Source: a bacterium (GTDB lineage Bacteria; Oederibacteriota; PGYV01; DSBP01). From it: a stretch of DNA of 29,697 bases. A program made the translations under genes and the position numbers. The stretch covers positions 1-29,697 of the forward strand of contig DSBP01000170.1 of assembly GCA_011049465.1 (NCBI GenBank), in the 5' to 3' direction. Shown here one piece after another: positions 1 to 8,955 of the stretch. The notes beneath the pieces are model-generated. The model made no database searches and was not told where the DNA came from. It worked only from the letters and a program-made list of their open reading frames with translations. Within the stretch, counting starts at the first letter, position 1. Every line of letters begins with the position of its first letter.

Positions 1-38
1 ATTGCTGAAAGAAGAAAAATACAATTATGGAGGTTAAA

Positions 39-596
39 ATGAAAAAAGGTTTTGTTGTTTTCCTGGTTTTGGCCGGTTTTGGATTGGTTTTGCTGAGCTG
101 CGGGAAAAAGGATGAGCCCGCGTCTCCGTCATCGGACGGCTGTTCTTATGCTTTTGGGTATAATCTCAATGATGACAATATGGATTGGCAGGGAAACTAT
201 CTCGCGGGAAATGATTTTACGATGAGCGGTGATATGGTCATTAAGCGGCTGTCGCTGAAGGCCGCAAACGCGGGAAAAATCGCAATGGCCATATATGCTG
301 ACAACGGGTCAGGGGTGCCGGGCGCGCTTATTGCTGAGACCGGAGTTATAAACGGCCGCGCGGGATGGAACCATGCGGCAATACCGGAGGCAGCGCTTGA
401 AAACGGCAGCAAGTATTGGCTCATCGCCATCAGCCAAAATACAAGTGTAATGACATCGAGAACTGCCGCCGGTATTGTCGGGGTATTCAAGAGTTATTTA
501 TGGGATGACGTGGAGGCTTTCGGAATTCCGTCGGATATAGGCGGCTGGACCGGATACGACAATGAAATGAAGATTTATGCGTCGGTGTGCGACTGA
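39..596 (+). CDS. Secreted lipoprotein with a small beta-rich domain (loosely choice-of-anchor R / DUF4082-like)
   Basis: ORF track 27..596; GGAGG at 28-32 favours the ATG at 39 (MKKGFVVFLVLAGFGLVLLSC, lipobox LLS-C). The AIYADNGSGVPGALIA..GW...YWL motif resembles extracellular beta-sandwich domains; the domain name is a tentative recollection. Confidence 0.6.
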   Translation: MKKGFVVFLVLAGFGLVLLSCGKKDEPASPSSDGCSYAFGYNLNDDNMDWQGNYLAGNDFTMSGDMVIKRLSLKAANAGKIAMAIYADNGSGVPGALIAETGVINGRAGWNHAAIPEAALENGSKYWLIAISQNTSVMTSRTAAGIVGVFKSYLWDDVEAFGIPSDIGGWTGYDNEMKIYASVCD

Positions 597-639
597 GGGG
601 AGTTTTGTTAAGTATATATTTTATAATTAAGGCGGGAAA

Positions 640-1383
640 ATGGCCGAGGACGGGATAAAATCATTCTGGCGGGAAACCGCGCAGGTGCTGAAGAGAGAGG
701 GTGTCTTTGCCGCTGTTAAGAAAGTCAGGAGGGCGGCAAAGGAAGAGATCAGGATTCTCTTCAGGATAAAGTGCGTTGAAAAGGAATCACAGCTTGCGAA
801 AAAATACTGCAAAGGCCGCGGGCTGGAAATCGGCGGTGCGGCACACAACCCTTTTAACCTGGATACGCTGAATGTGGACTATACATCCGAACTGAATGAA
901 TTTAAGCGCATGGAAATCAGAAAATGCTTCAGGCATCTTCCTGTGGATATCGTGGCGCCCAGGGACAACATACCGCTTCCGGACGAATCGCAGGATTTCA
1001 TAGTGAGCTCGCATGTGCTGGAGCATTTTTTCGACCCCATGAAAACGCTTATGGAATGGGAGAGGCTCATAAAAAAGGGCGGGGTAATATTTATGATAAT
1101 CCCGCACAGGGACAGGACGTTTGACAGCGGCAGGGAACGCACAACACTGCGCGAGCTGATAGACAGGCATGAAGGAAGGGCGGAGGAAAGGCCCAGCCCG
1201 AACAATCATCACAGCGTTTGGATCACGGAAGACGTGGCCGAACTTGTGGAGTATATGAATAAACGCGGATATTTCAAAACCCCTTTAATAATAGCAGAGG
1301 CGCAAGATGTAGACGATAAAGCCGGAAACGGATTTACCGTGGTGCTGGCCAAAGAGCATTCGCGGCAGGAAAAGCGGATGTAG
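640..1383 (+). CDS. Class I SAM-dependent methyltransferase (Methyltransf_11-like, surface-glycan-associated type)
   Basis: GLEIGG motif I, acidic NVD, and DFIVSSHVLEHFFDP...W.RLIKKGG motifs. Confidence 0.8.
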   Translation: MAEDGIKSFWRETAQVLKREGVFAAVKKVRRAAKEEIRILFRIKCVEKESQLAKKYCKGRGLEIGGAAHNPFNLDTLNVDYTSELNEFKRMEIRKCFRHLPVDIVAPRDNIPLPDESQDFIVSSHVLEHFFDPMKTLMEWERLIKKGGVIFMIIPHRDRTFDSGRERTTLRELIDRHEGRAEERPSPNNHHSVWITEDVAELVEYMNKRGYFKTPLIIAEAQDVDDKAGNGFTVVLAKEHSRQEKRM

Positions 1384-1552
1384 CGGGTACGGGATTATTG
1401 TTTAATTGTATGAGCTTCGGCGGACAAGCGGCTTGCGGTTTCTTCAAAAAACATGTTAAGATTAAGTTGTAATATCTTGGTTTTATCGGTGTTTTACAGC
1501 AGCCCCTTTAGCGCTGCTGCTTCAACGTTTTTAAGAGAGAAAGGAAGGGGAC

Positions 1553-2329
1553 GTGGCTGACAGGGCCGTTACATTTGAGACAAAGGTATGGGAAGGCGAC
1601 TGGCGTTTTGTACTATGCACAGGCCGCCTGGAAAAGATGATAAAGAGCTTAAACTACGGGTTTAATGAAAAAATACTTTACATAAATAACGTAAAGGACA
1701 GGGCTCGGGTGGGAAGGGCCGCGGAAAAAAAGAGGCGGCGCGGTGTTATTGATTCGTATGTTTTTGTGGAGGACATGGCGCCTGATACGCTCGCGCATTT
1801 TAATATGACTCAGGAGGATTTTAAGGGCGGTTACTATTATTCGATACAGGAGCTGACGGGCATACTGAACTGCCGCACAAAATACCTGCTTCATATGGCG
1901 GGCGACGCTATGGTTTCAAACAGGGAAAAATGGATAGATATGTCAATTGACAGGATGGAAAAGGACCCGTCCATATTCGCCGCCAACCCCAACGGCGACC
2001 CGCAGGATGTAATGCAGAACCTCGTGGAGGAGGAAGAGGATTTTTACAGGGGGTTCGGGTTTTCGGACCAGTGCTACCTGATACGCGCGGATGATTATAA
2101 AAAGCACATATATAATGAAACACACGAGGCGTCCAAAAGGTTTCCGAGGTACGGCGGGGAGCTCTTTGAAAAGAGGGTGGATTCATACATGCGCAATCAC
2201 GGCTTATACAGGCTAACCTCCAAAAAAGCGCTGTATAAGCACAGGAACTTTCCTGCGGACAGAGTGCGGCGGGCAATACTTTACATAACGGGCATAAACC
2301 TTAAAAAGGGGGGGAATATAAAGGAGTGA
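1553..2329 (+). CDS. Hypothetical protein, possibly glycosyltransferase-fold (GT-A-like)
   Basis: 258 aa ORF with GTG start after GGAAGGGG; YLLHMAGDA (DxD-like position) and FSDQCYL motifs; function not recognisable with certainty. Confidence 0.5.
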   Translation: MADRAVTFETKVWEGDWRFVLCTGRLEKMIKSLNYGFNEKILYINNVKDRARVGRAAEKKRRRGVIDSYVFVEDMAPDTLAHFNMTQEDFKGGYYYSIQELTGILNCRTKYLLHMAGDAMVSNREKWIDMSIDRMEKDPSIFAANPNGDPQDVMQNLVEEEEDFYRGFGFSDQCYLIRADDYKKHIYNETHEASKRFPRYGGELFEKRVDSYMRNHGLYRLTSKKALYKHRNFPADRVRRAILYITGINLKKGGNIKE

Positions 2330-2486
2330 AGCCGGGAAAGCAGGCAACGGCGGAAGTTTATATTTGATATTTTATATTGTATAGTGAAGGAAAGAACGAG
2401 CTGAACAGTTAAAACTGAAAGCTGAAAGTTAAGGAGCGCGGGACAAAGGGTTTGAGCAGGTTTTGAATTGAGTTGTCCGGTTTAAC

Positions 2487-2558
2487 GCAGCCGCGGACTT
2501 TGAACCCTGAGTCTGTCGAAGGGAGTCCGCGGTATTTGATTTGCGCGAAATTATTCGC
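2487..2558. repeat. Degenerate GTAG-type REP unit with a 22-nt insert in the first hairpin loop
   Basis: gcagCCGCGGACTTT[gaaccctgagtctgtcgaaggg]AGTCCGCGGtatttga; compare the uninterrupted copies at 12316 and 13825. Confidence 0.75.
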
Positions 2559-2640
2559 TTAGACAGGGTTCATCCCACGTCTAAGCGTCTTGTAATTCGG
2601 GGATTGTTCAATTTGCAGATGATGATTTTCGTAAATGTAC

Positions 2641-2669
2641 TTGACAAATCAGGGCATTTTTTGTAAAGT
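2641..2669 (+). promoter_or_regulatory. Sigma70-type promoter of the tetR-tolC-adaptor-RND operon
   Basis: TTGACA (2641-2646) - N17 - TAAAGT (2664-2669), 32 nt upstream of the ATG at 2701. Confidence 0.65.
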
Positions 2670-2685
2670 TAGTAACTACTTACTT
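2666..2685. promoter_or_regulatory. Candidate TetR operator (imperfect inverted repeat over the -10/TSS)
   Basis: AAGTTAGT-aact-ACTTACTT (7/8 palindromic); TetR regulators typically autoregulate at such sites. Confidence 0.5.
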
Positions 2686-2700
2686 ACAAAGGACGCGCGG

Positions 2701-3336
2701 ATGAGAAAAACAGAGAAACAAAAAAGGATGCCTGCGGAAAAGCGCAGGATACAGATAATGGAAGAGATGCTTGAGCTTGCCGCCAAAAAGGGGCTTGACG
2801 GCACGAAGACAAGGGACATCGCGGCTGCCTGCGGCATATCTGAGGCGGCCGTATTTAAATTATTCAGGTCAAAACATGAGATTTTTATGGCGGGACTGGA
2901 ATACAAGTTCGGCGGCGCGAAGCGGGAGCTGATAAAAAAGATAAACTTTGACCCCGAAAGGCCGGAAATCGCGCTAAAGGTATTTGCCAATGACATGTTT
3001 GAGATAATGGAAAAAAATGAGAGTCTGGCAAAGGTGATGATTCTTACTATTATAGAACACCCCGAGTACATCATGCGCCACATCAGGAAGAGCGCGATAC
3101 AGGAGAGAAAGATTATTGTAAATGCGGTAAAAGCGGGCATAACATCGGGCCTCTATAAAAAACTTGATTTGGAGACGGTTGCCACGCTTGTGCCAATCGC
3201 GCTGATAGGCACAATAGTAACAAGGCTTATTATCAGGGGCAAAAAACCGGGTAAAAAAGAGAGGCAGAGAATAATAGATGATTTAATAGAGGTGTATTTG
3301 CACGGAGTCATGAAAAACAGGGGCGGCAACAGATGA
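2701..3336 (+). CDS. TetR/AcrR family transcriptional regulator
   Basis: N-terminal HTH (KKGLDGTKTRDIAAACGISEAAVFKLFRSKHEIF). Start reset from 2635 to 2701 because the promoter lies at 2641-2669. Confidence 0.9.
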   Translation: MRKTEKQKRMPAEKRRIQIMEEMLELAAKKGLDGTKTRDIAAACGISEAAVFKLFRSKHEIFMAGLEYKFGGAKRELIKKINFDPERPEIALKVFANDMFEIMEKNESLAKVMILTIIEHPEYIMRHIRKSAIQERKIIVNAVKAGITSGLYKKLDLETVATLVPIALIGTIVTRLIIRGKKPGKKERQRIIDDLIEVYLHGVMKNRGGNR

Positions 3337-4727
3337 AAATACGGATAAAAACGGTTATAGCGGTTTTTTTTCTCCTGTTTATTGCGCTTCCTTCCGCGGC
3401 CTCGGATGCGGATGCGGTAAAACTCAGCCTTGAGGCAGCGGTTAATCTGGCGCTTGAAAAAAACGAAACTTTAAGAAGTGAGCGGCAGAAGGTGCTCGCC
3501 GCAGAGGAGATTGTCAAGAGCACTGTGGCGGGATTCCTGCCGCAGATCAAGGCCTCCATTGACTGGAAGCGCTATTACGAAAAGCCGGTAATGGAATTTG
3601 ACATGTCAGAGATGGGAGCGATGTTCGCTCCGCTGTTCGGAGCACTGGGCCAGCCCGCTCCGGATATAGGAATTATGCAAATAAGCCCGGTAAAGGAATT
3701 TGAGGCGTCATTCGGGCTGACGCTTACGCAGCCGATTTTCCTGGGCGGCAAGATGGCGCTCGGCATCTACCTCTCCAGCCTGGCTGAAAAGACGCAGAGG
3801 ACCGCCTATAAAAACTTTGAGAATGAAATAAGGTATTATACGAAAGTATCATACATGAACGCGCTTTTGAGCCGCGACGTGTATGAGCTCACCCGCTCCT
3901 CGTATAATAAGGCGCTGAAGAACAGGGATGTTGTTAGGAAAGGCGGGGTATCGGGCAGGATGTCAAGAATGGAAAACATAAGGATGGAAGCTGACATTGC
4001 GATGAAAAAGCCGAGAATGCTGGAGGCCCGGATGAACCATGAAACGGCCCTGAGGAACTTAAGCCGGCTCACGGGCATTGACATCGAAGCGAAAATCGAG
4101 CTGACAGGCAGGATGCCTGAGGAGTTTCCGGAGTATGACAAAAACCTGCTCAGGCAGAAACTTCGCGAAAACAACCTCATGATAAAAATAATGAAAAATA
4201 CGGTTGCGTTGTATGACAGCCTTCTGACGCTTGAGAGGACAAAATACCTTCCTGATATATACGGCTTCGCGTCTTATCAGTACGCGGGCGGAAACGGAAG
4301 CAATATGTTCATCGGCGCTGAAAATGTGAACAGGACGGTTCTCGTGGGAATAAAGGCGGAATACGGCCTGTTCACAAGCGGTAAAAGGCTCTTTGACAAC
4401 AGCAGGGCAGAACGTGAGCTTGCCGGGAAAAAAATTGAGCTTGAGAAGACGGCCAATGACCTTGAGTTTGAGCTTGAAAAAGCGCTTCACGAATACTCAA
4501 GGCTTAAGGAGACATACAGGGAGCTGATATACTCGGAAAAGCTTGTAAAGGAGGCGTACAGTGCCGTGCATGAGATGTTTGAGGCGGGGCTGGTTACCAT
4601 CAATGACCTGAATGACGCTGAAAACAATCACGATGAGATGGTCAAGGGCAAAAAGAGGGCGCTCTTCGGGATTAATGAGGTGCTCGCCAGGATAGACAAG
4701 CTTACCGCCGGCGGTGACGGCAAATGA
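3333..4727 (+). CDS. TolC family outer membrane efflux protein
   Basis: Signal peptide; LSLEAAVNLALEKN, LPQIKAS, LTLTQPIFLGG and ...FEAGLVTINDL repeats typical of OEP proteins; overlaps the tetR stop (ATGA). Confidence 0.9.
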   Translation: MKIRIKTVIAVFFLLFIALPSAASDADAVKLSLEAAVNLALEKNETLRSERQKVLAAEEIVKSTVAGFLPQIKASIDWKRYYEKPVMEFDMSEMGAMFAPLFGALGQPAPDIGIMQISPVKEFEASFGLTLTQPIFLGGKMALGIYLSSLAEKTQRTAYKNFENEIRYYTKVSYMNALLSRDVYELTRSSYNKALKNRDVVRKGGVSGRMSRMENIRMEADIAMKKPRMLEARMNHETALRNLSRLTGIDIEAKIELTGRMPEEFPEYDKNLLRQKLRENNLMIKIMKNTVALYDSLLTLERTKYLPDIYGFASYQYAGGNGSNMFIGAENVNRTVLVGIKAEYGLFTSGKRLFDNSRAERELAGKKIELEKTANDLEFELEKALHEYSRLKETYRELIYSEKLVKEAYSAVHEMFEAGLVTINDLNDAENNHDEMVKGKKRALFGINEVLARIDKLTAGGDGK

Positions 4728-5362
4728 GGAAAACATTCATTCTGCTGGTTCTGGTATTAGCGGCATCCATCGCGGGCCGCATTATGTTCCTTGAGGCTGA
4801 AAAAAAGAGAGAGACAATAAGCGTTGAGAATATATGGAGGGCAGAGGGCAGGCCCGTTGATGTTTTTACCGCTAAAAAAGGGAGCCTTGAGCTTTACACG
4901 CTTGTCTCAGGCATACATGAGGGCGGCAGGATAAAGGTTGACATTGCCCCGGACAAAGCTGTTCTGATAAGGCCCGGCCGGGGGTTTACCGCTGAGCCGG
5001 GCATAAGCGGCACGGTTGTAAAGGTTTCTGCGGCGCCTTCCCGGATATCCGGGCTGCATTCCGCGGAGCTTAAGGTTGAAAGCGGCAGCGCGGCCCCGGG
5101 GCAGATAATAAGGCCGCGGATAAAAACAGGCGTCATTGAGAACACGGTGCTTGTGCTGAATGGCTGCGTTGTTGACGGCCGTTATATATGGGTCAATGAT
5201 GAAGGGGTGCTGCGGAAAAGAAAGGCGGCCGTAAAGGCGCGAAATGACAGGTACACGGCCGTAAGCGGGGGAATAGAGGCGGGGGAGCGGGCTGTTGTCT
5301 ATTACGGCGAAGCCTTTACAGAGGGCGAAAAAGCAAGAACGCATAAAGAAGCGGGTGAATGA
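4724..5362 (+). CDS. Unusually short RND periplasmic adaptor (MFP-like) protein
   Basis: N-terminal membrane anchor, RPVDV membrane-proximal start, beta-barrel (GTVVKVSAAP...PGQII) and C-terminal VLV...V...AVSGGIEAGERAVV; only 212 aa; lies between tolC and the RND gene with ATGA overlaps. Confidence 0.75.
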   Translation: MRKTFILLVLVLAASIAGRIMFLEAEKKRETISVENIWRAEGRPVDVFTAKKGSLELYTLVSGIHEGGRIKVDIAPDKAVLIRPGRGFTAEPGISGTVVKVSAAPSRISGLHSAELKVESGSAAPGQIIRPRIKTGVIENTVLVLNGCVVDGRYIWVNDEGVLRKRKAAVKARNDRYTAVSGGIEAGERAVVYYGEAFTEGEKARTHKEAGE

Positions 5363-8300
5363 CAATGCTTGAGCGGCTGATAAAAAACCCCATAACAACT
5401 TCGGTCTTTGTGCTCTTTTTTGTCATCCTTGGAATTGTCTCGATGACAGATATGGTAATACAGCACAAGCCAGATATAGATTTTCCAATGGCAAGCATTC
5501 AGGTTGTGTATCCGGGAGCATCATCCTCTGACATAGAAAATCAGGTTGTAAAAAAGATAGAAAACGCCGTATCCGAGGCGTCTGATATTGAGGACATAAT
5601 CTCATACGCCAATGAAAACTACGGGCTTGTGCTTGTGAAATTCTCGCTTGAATCCGACCCTGACGTAAAAGCCGTGGAGATAAAGGACAGGGTTGAGGCG
5701 ATAATAAAAGAACTTCCTGAGGGCGCTGAAAAGCCAGTTATATCAAAATTCAATATTCTGTCCGAGCCGATTGCCGTTCTTGCCCTGTATGGCGCTGATG
5801 ACGAGGCGGCCATGCATGAGTTTGCCGAAAAAACCATAAAGGACAGGATGGCTGTCATAGACGGCGTGGCCAATGTGCGGGTTGAAGGCGGCAGGGAGCG
5901 GCAGATAAACATAGAACTTGATAGCGGCCTTATGCGCGCGAACTATACCGCGATAACAGACGTAATAAGGGCCGTGTCGTATAAGAACTTAAACATGCCG
6001 GGCGGCTCAATTACACGGGGCACAAAAAAGGTAAACGTAAGGCTTGTCGGCGAGTACGGCTCAATAGAGGAGATAAAAAACACGGATGTGATAACCTCTG
6101 AGGGTGCGGCAATAAAGCTGTCCGCTATCGCCGAAGTAAAGGACGGTTACGGGGAGGCGGAGGCAATAAGCGGTTATAACGGGAAAAAAGCGGTTGCGGT
6201 CAGGGTTATAGGCCAAAAAAACGGTGATGAGGTATTGATAAGCCGCAGGGTCCTTAATGAGGCCGAAGCGCTTAAAAAAAACCTGCCTGAAGGAATGAGC
6301 CTTGATGTTGTAACCGAAAAGGGAAGCGTTATCCTGTCGGAGACAATGATTACCTTCAGGAACATTATACTGGGAATGGCGCTTGCTTTCATATTCTTGT
6401 ATCTTATACTCGCGGACATAAGGGCCGCGTTAATCGCGTCCATAGTCATACCCACATCAATACTGTCCACGTTCTTTCTTATTGACAAGTCCGGATTCAC
6501 AATCAATATCATGACGCTTATGGCCTTTGTGACCGCGCTGGGAACATTAATAGCGAACGCCCTTGTTGTCATTGAAAATGTATCCGTACACATTGAAAGA
6601 GGGGACGACAGGATAAAGGCCGCTGTCAACGGCACAAAAGAGGTCGCTGTATCGGTCTTGGCGGCCGCGGGCACAAACCTTGTTGTCTTTACGCCGATTG
6701 CGTTTGTCGGCGGGATAATAGGAAAGTTTCTGGCGCAGTTCGGGCTGACGGTTGTTTACGTGAGCCTCTTTTCCCTGATCGCGTCGTTTACGCTTACGCC
6801 CATGCTTTGCGCCTTGTTTCTCCGGCCCGGAGAAAAAAACAAAAAGGGCGCGTTCGCGGGAGCGGTGTCAAAACGGGCGCATATCATACTTGACGCGATG
6901 GTGGAAAAGTATAAGGCAGTATTTGACTGGGCCTTCGCGCACAGATGGAAGGCAATGGCAATTACGGGAGTTTTGGCCGCGGGTTCGCTGTTTGTCATGC
7001 CTTATATAAGCGGCGATTTTCTTCCGCACAAGGACAGCTCCCGCCTTTCGATAAGCGTAAAGGCCGTGCCCGGCACATCTGTTGAGCGCACGGCCGCGAT
7101 AATGGATGAAATTTCGGAATATGTAAAGACAATTCCCGAGGTCAGGGATATCGCTTACACGGCAGGGGGAAACAAAAGCTATACGGCAGCGGCTGTTGTT
7201 ACGCTTGTGAAGCCGGAACAAAGAAAAAAGAGCGATAAAGAGATAATAAACGATATTACGCCTTTTGCCGCGATGATTCCCGGGGCCGAGATAGCGGTAT
7301 CCGCCCATAATGACCTTGCCGGCGACCATGAATATGACATCTCCTTCCATGTTTACGGCATTGAATACGAAAAGATAAAAATGTACGCGGACAGGATAGA
7401 GGCAGTGCTCAAAGAGCAGGGCTATTTCAGGACCCTTGAGAGGTCGGATGAGCTTCCCTCGCGGGAAATACGGTTTGTGCCGGATGAAAAAAAGATGAAA
7501 AATTACGGCGTGATGAACGCGCAGGCAGGCATGGTTCTGCGTTCCGCGCTCCATGGCAATGATTCGGCCGTATACAGGGAAGCGGGAGAGGAGTACAGGA
7601 TAAATATCTCCCTCGCTGATGACTATAAGCGGGCCGCGGAAGACATAGGCAATATCCAGATAATATCAAAGAAGGGGCTCATGCCGCTGCGCGAGCTGGG
7701 CAGTATCAGCGAGGCGGACACAGAGCCCGTGATAAAGCGGCACAATAAGAGCAGGGTGATACAGTTTGACGGCTACCTTTACAAGGGGTCGCAGACCGAG
7801 GTGCAGAGGTTCCTTGAGGCGAGGGCCGGGGAGATGGGCTTTGAAAGAGGGTACGGAATAAAATATGTGGGAATGACCGAGATGATGATAGATTCAATGA
7901 AATCAATAATGAAGGCCATGCTTATAGCGATAATCCTGACATTTATGCTTCTCGCTGCCATTTTAAATTCGCTGAAAACCCCGCTCGCGATTGCCGTGTC
8001 CGTGATTACGTCATTTGTTACCGTGGGTTATTTCCTGTTTTTTACAAGGTTCGGCATAAACCTCGGCTCAATGGTCGCGTCCATAATGATGGTCGGCCTT
8101 GCTGTCAACAACTCCATACTCCTGCTTGATTACACCATACACAAGCTGAGGGAAGGCATGGCAGTGAGAAAGGCGCTGTGGGAGGGGGTAAAGGCGAGGT
8201 TCAGGATAATACTTGTCACAACTGCGGCTGTTATGGCGGGCGTTTCGCCGGCACTTTTTGACTCTGACCTTACAAGGTCGTCAATGGCAGCTGTTATCAT

Positions 8301-8400
8301 GGGCGGCATGATAGGCTCGTGGATATTTACCTTTTTCCTGACGCCGGTTATTTTTGAGATGATGGGCTGCCACAAGGGGATGGGAAGGGAAAAGAGCTGA
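5359..8400 (+). CDS. RND efflux permease (AcrB/AcrD/AcrF family)
   Basis: 1013 aa with 12-TM RND architecture and two large periplasmic loops; PDIDFP, YPGASSSDIENQV, GGRERQI and MPGG motifs. Confidence 0.95.
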   Translation: MTMLERLIKNPITTSVFVLFFVILGIVSMTDMVIQHKPDIDFPMASIQVVYPGASSSDIENQVVKKIENAVSEASDIEDIISYANENYGLVLVKFSLESDPDVKAVEIKDRVEAIIKELPEGAEKPVISKFNILSEPIAVLALYGADDEAAMHEFAEKTIKDRMAVIDGVANVRVEGGRERQINIELDSGLMRANYTAITDVIRAVSYKNLNMPGGSITRGTKKVNVRLVGEYGSIEEIKNTDVITSEGAAIKLSAIAEVKDGYGEAEAISGYNGKKAVAVRVIGQKNGDEVLISRRVLNEAEALKKNLPEGMSLDVVTEKGSVILSETMITFRNIILGMALAFIFLYLILADIRAALIASIVIPTSILSTFFLIDKSGFTINIMTLMAFVTALGTLIANALVVIENVSVHIERGDDRIKAAVNGTKEVAVSVLAAAGTNLVVFTPIAFVGGIIGKFLAQFGLTVVYVSLFSLIASFTLTPMLCALFLRPGEKNKKGAFAGAVSKRAHIILDAMVEKYKAVFDWAFAHRWKAMAITGVLAAGSLFVMPYISGDFLPHKDSSRLSISVKAVPGTSVERTAAIMDEISEYVKTIPEVRDIAYTAGGNKSYTAAAVVTLVKPEQRKKSDKEIINDITPFAAMIPGAEIAVSAHNDLAGDHEYDISFHVYGIEYEKIKMYADRIEAVLKEQGYFRTLERSDELPSREIRFVPDEKKMKNYGVMNAQAGMVLRSALHGNDSAVYREAGEEYRINISLADDYKRAAEDIGNIQIISKKGLMPLRELGSISEADTEPVIKRHNKSRVIQFDGYLYKGSQTEVQRFLEARAGEMGFERGYGIKYVGMTEMMIDSMKSIMKAMLIAIILTFMLLAAILNSLKTPLAIAVSVITSFVTVGYFLFFTRFGINLGSMVASIMMVGLAVNNSILLLDYTIHKLREGMAVRKALWEGVKARFRIILVTTAAVMAGVSPALFDSDLTRSSMAAVIMGGMIGSWIFTFFLTPVIFEMMGCHKGMGREKS

Positions 8401-8407
8401 AGTATTG

Positions 8408-8950
8408 TCAGTTATATTTGTTCATCACGAAAAAATCATTGCCCTCGGCGTCGTTGATGACTATCGCGTAAAAGTCCTTAACCTCAAGGCGGTAAATGGC
8501 CTCGGGCCCCAGTTCGGGAAAGGCTATTATTTCTGATGACAATACATGCCGCGCGTATTCGGCGCCAAGGCCGCCCAGCGCGGAAAAATAGACAGCTCTG
8601 TGTTTCGTGATGGCGTCCTTGACCGCGACAGAGCGCTCGCCTTTTCCTATCATGCCCTTTAACCCGTGTTCGAGCAGAAGAGGCGTATATGAGTCCATTC
8701 TTGACGAGGTTGTCGGGCCGCACGAGCCTATGACATTTCCCTCTTTGGCGGGCGTGGGGCCGCAGTAATAAACAATCTGGTTCTTGAGGTTGAAGGGAGG
8801 TTTTTGCCCTTTTTTAAGCATATCGGCCACTCTGGCATGGGCCGCGTCGCGCATTGTATAAATAACGCCTGATATTAAAACCTCATCCCCGGTTTTCAGT
8901 TCCTCTATAATATCCTGTGTGAGCGGGGCCGTAACCTTTTTCAATTGCAT
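8408..8950 (-). CDS. Fe-S hydro-lyase beta subunit (class I fumarate hydratase, C-terminal domain)
   Basis: RDAAH, YYCGP, GPTTSSRMD, MIGKG and GPEAIYRLEV motifs; adjacent to the alpha subunit, mdh and icd. Confidence 0.9.
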   Translation of the reverse strand: MQLKKVTAPLTQDIIEELKTGDEVLISGVIYTMRDAAHARVADMLKKGQKPPFNLKNQIVYYCGPTPAKEGNVIGSCGPTTSSRMDSYTPLLLEHGLKGMIGKGERSVAVKDAITKHRAVYFSALGGLGAEYARHVLSSEIIAFPELGPEAIYRLEVKDFYAIVINDAEGNDFFVMNKYN

Positions 8951-8955
8951 TCTCC

